From the NCBI GenBank assembly GCA_950097015.1, contig CATNEN010000032.1:1302001-1366000 (forward strand): a stretch of DNA of 64,000 nucleotides. The letters run 5' to 3'. The number at the start of each line of letters is the position of its first letter. Position 1 is the first letter of the stretch. The notes below the pieces were generated by a model. It had not been told where the DNA came from, ran no database searches, and saw only the letters and a program-made list of their open reading frames with translations. Shown one piece after another: positions 62,721 to 64,000 of the stretch. This DNA is from Macrostomum hystrix (taxonomy: Eukaryota > Animalia > Platyhelminthes). The position numbers and the translations under genes are program-made.

Positions 62721-62999
62721 GATACTGTGCTCAGGCACACACTCACACAGATACTGTGCTCAGGCACACACTCACACAGATACTGTGCTCAGGCACACAC
62801 TCACACAGATACTGTGCTCAGGCACACACTCACACAGATACTGTGCTCAGGCACACACACACAGATACTGTGCTCAGGCACACACACACAGATACTGTGC
62901 TCAGGCACACACACACACAGATACTGTGCTCAGGCACACACACACACACACAGATACTGTGCTCAGGCACACACACACAGATACTGTGCTCAGGCACAC
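62721..62999. repeat. About 29-bp minisatellite (gatactgtgctcaggcacacactcacaca) with variable (CA)n, about 10 copies
   Basis: Direct reading; intron upstream of the LIM2 exon. Confidence 0.92.
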
Positions 63000-63494
63000 G
63001 TCTATTCGATGTCTATTAACTATGCTATGCAGGTGTTTGAGAATTTAAAAGGGCTTCTACAAAGGACTCTGCTCTTAGTGATGTCACTGCGAAGCTGTCA
63101 CAGCAGGCTGCTGATAGAAGCGCATGAATGCTGCACAGAAATGTCCGCAGAAACCCCAGATTTAATTTGCTCACAAAGGATAATTTCTTTCCGCTTCAAC
63201 GGTTGAGTAATTCTGAGACGATGAAATTGTCACGAACTTGGAGCTCGCTATTATCTGCCACTGCCCTTCCTGACATCTGCTAGACTTTGTCTCTGATATA
63301 ATTATGTAAGAAACAATCTCATTATGCTTTGAGGTATACATTTGTAAAGTAAGAAGATTTAAATTTGTAAATCAACTCGAATTCAAATCGGTGGCCCATG
63401 TTTGTTAAAGCGGCTTGCACTGAAGAAATCTATTTCAAAAGAATAGTTCTGCTTCGTTCAGTTAATACTTTTTTCTATAGACTTTATCATTTTA

Positions 63495-63580
63495 AGGCTT
63501 TTATCCATCATTCTAAAGCCTTTATCCATCATTCTATAGCCTTCATCCATCATTCTATAGCCTTTATCCATCACTCTATA
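63495..63580. repeat. 20-bp tandem repeat, about 4 copies (ttatccatcattctatagcc)
   Basis: Direct reading. Confidence 0.8.
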
Positions 63581-64000
63581 TTCTTCATATTCTTTATCTA
63601 TGATTCTTTAGTCTAGTCTGTATTCCATTCTTCAAATCGTCATTTCAGTTATCCCAGTATTGTATTGTTTATCTGGCGTTCTCGTTCTATCCCAAATCCC
63701 ACAACTATAGAATGTTGAGTAGGGAAGGCGATTTTAAAGGAAGAAATTCCCAGAGTGAAAATGTTTTGCTCTGTAAATCTATTTCTTCCTCTCTTTCTTT
63801 AACTTGAAATTTTGAGAAAGGGATCTTTTGAACCAAATTCGGTTCCCCTTGTCGGATGTCTCGTTTCGCCTGTGTTAGCGAAGCCGGGACATAGGGATAT
63901 TTTCGAGATACGGGAAACGTTTGAGATGTTTAACACAAGAAGCAGAAATCCTAGGAGAGCTGGAACTAGCCTGATTTCGGGAGGATACAGAATTTCAGAT

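Overview
Eukaryotic (metazoan) genomic DNA with GT-AG introns, poly-Gln/poly-Ala tracts and very dense minisatellites. This style suggests a free-living flatworm such as Macrostomum, which is an inference not checked against a database. Spliced gene models that close in phase: the 3' end of a low-complexity gene (<1-1316, +), an intronless divergent 7TM/GPCR-like gene (4995-6386, +), a ZCWPW1-like zf-CW+PWWP gene (14746-11217, -), a TRIC/TMEM38 channel (20020-23158, +), GON4L/YY1AP1 (25083-36237, +), an orphan 3-exon gene (38915-40480, +), the KDEL receptor (42162-43709, +) and the 3' three exons of an Lhx2/9 (apterous) LIM-homeobox gene (62624-57193, -). Mobile DNA: four copies of one tRNA-headed SINE, several non-autonomous DNA transposons (three with clear 8-bp TSDs, including an 874-bp foldback element inside a dead Gypsy integrase), and a 554-bp retroposon with a 15-bp TSD. 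More than 20 unrelated tandem arrays are present, including a 5.3-kb 36-bp satellite. The most striking pattern is that all six GON4L introns are short introns inflated by a private minisatellite. Some units carry perfect motifs: DR2 nuclear-receptor elements, kappaB-like sites, or decoy 3' splice sites. No CRISPR, rRNA or bona fide tRNA gene is supported, and most long ORFs in the supplied track are repeat artefacts.
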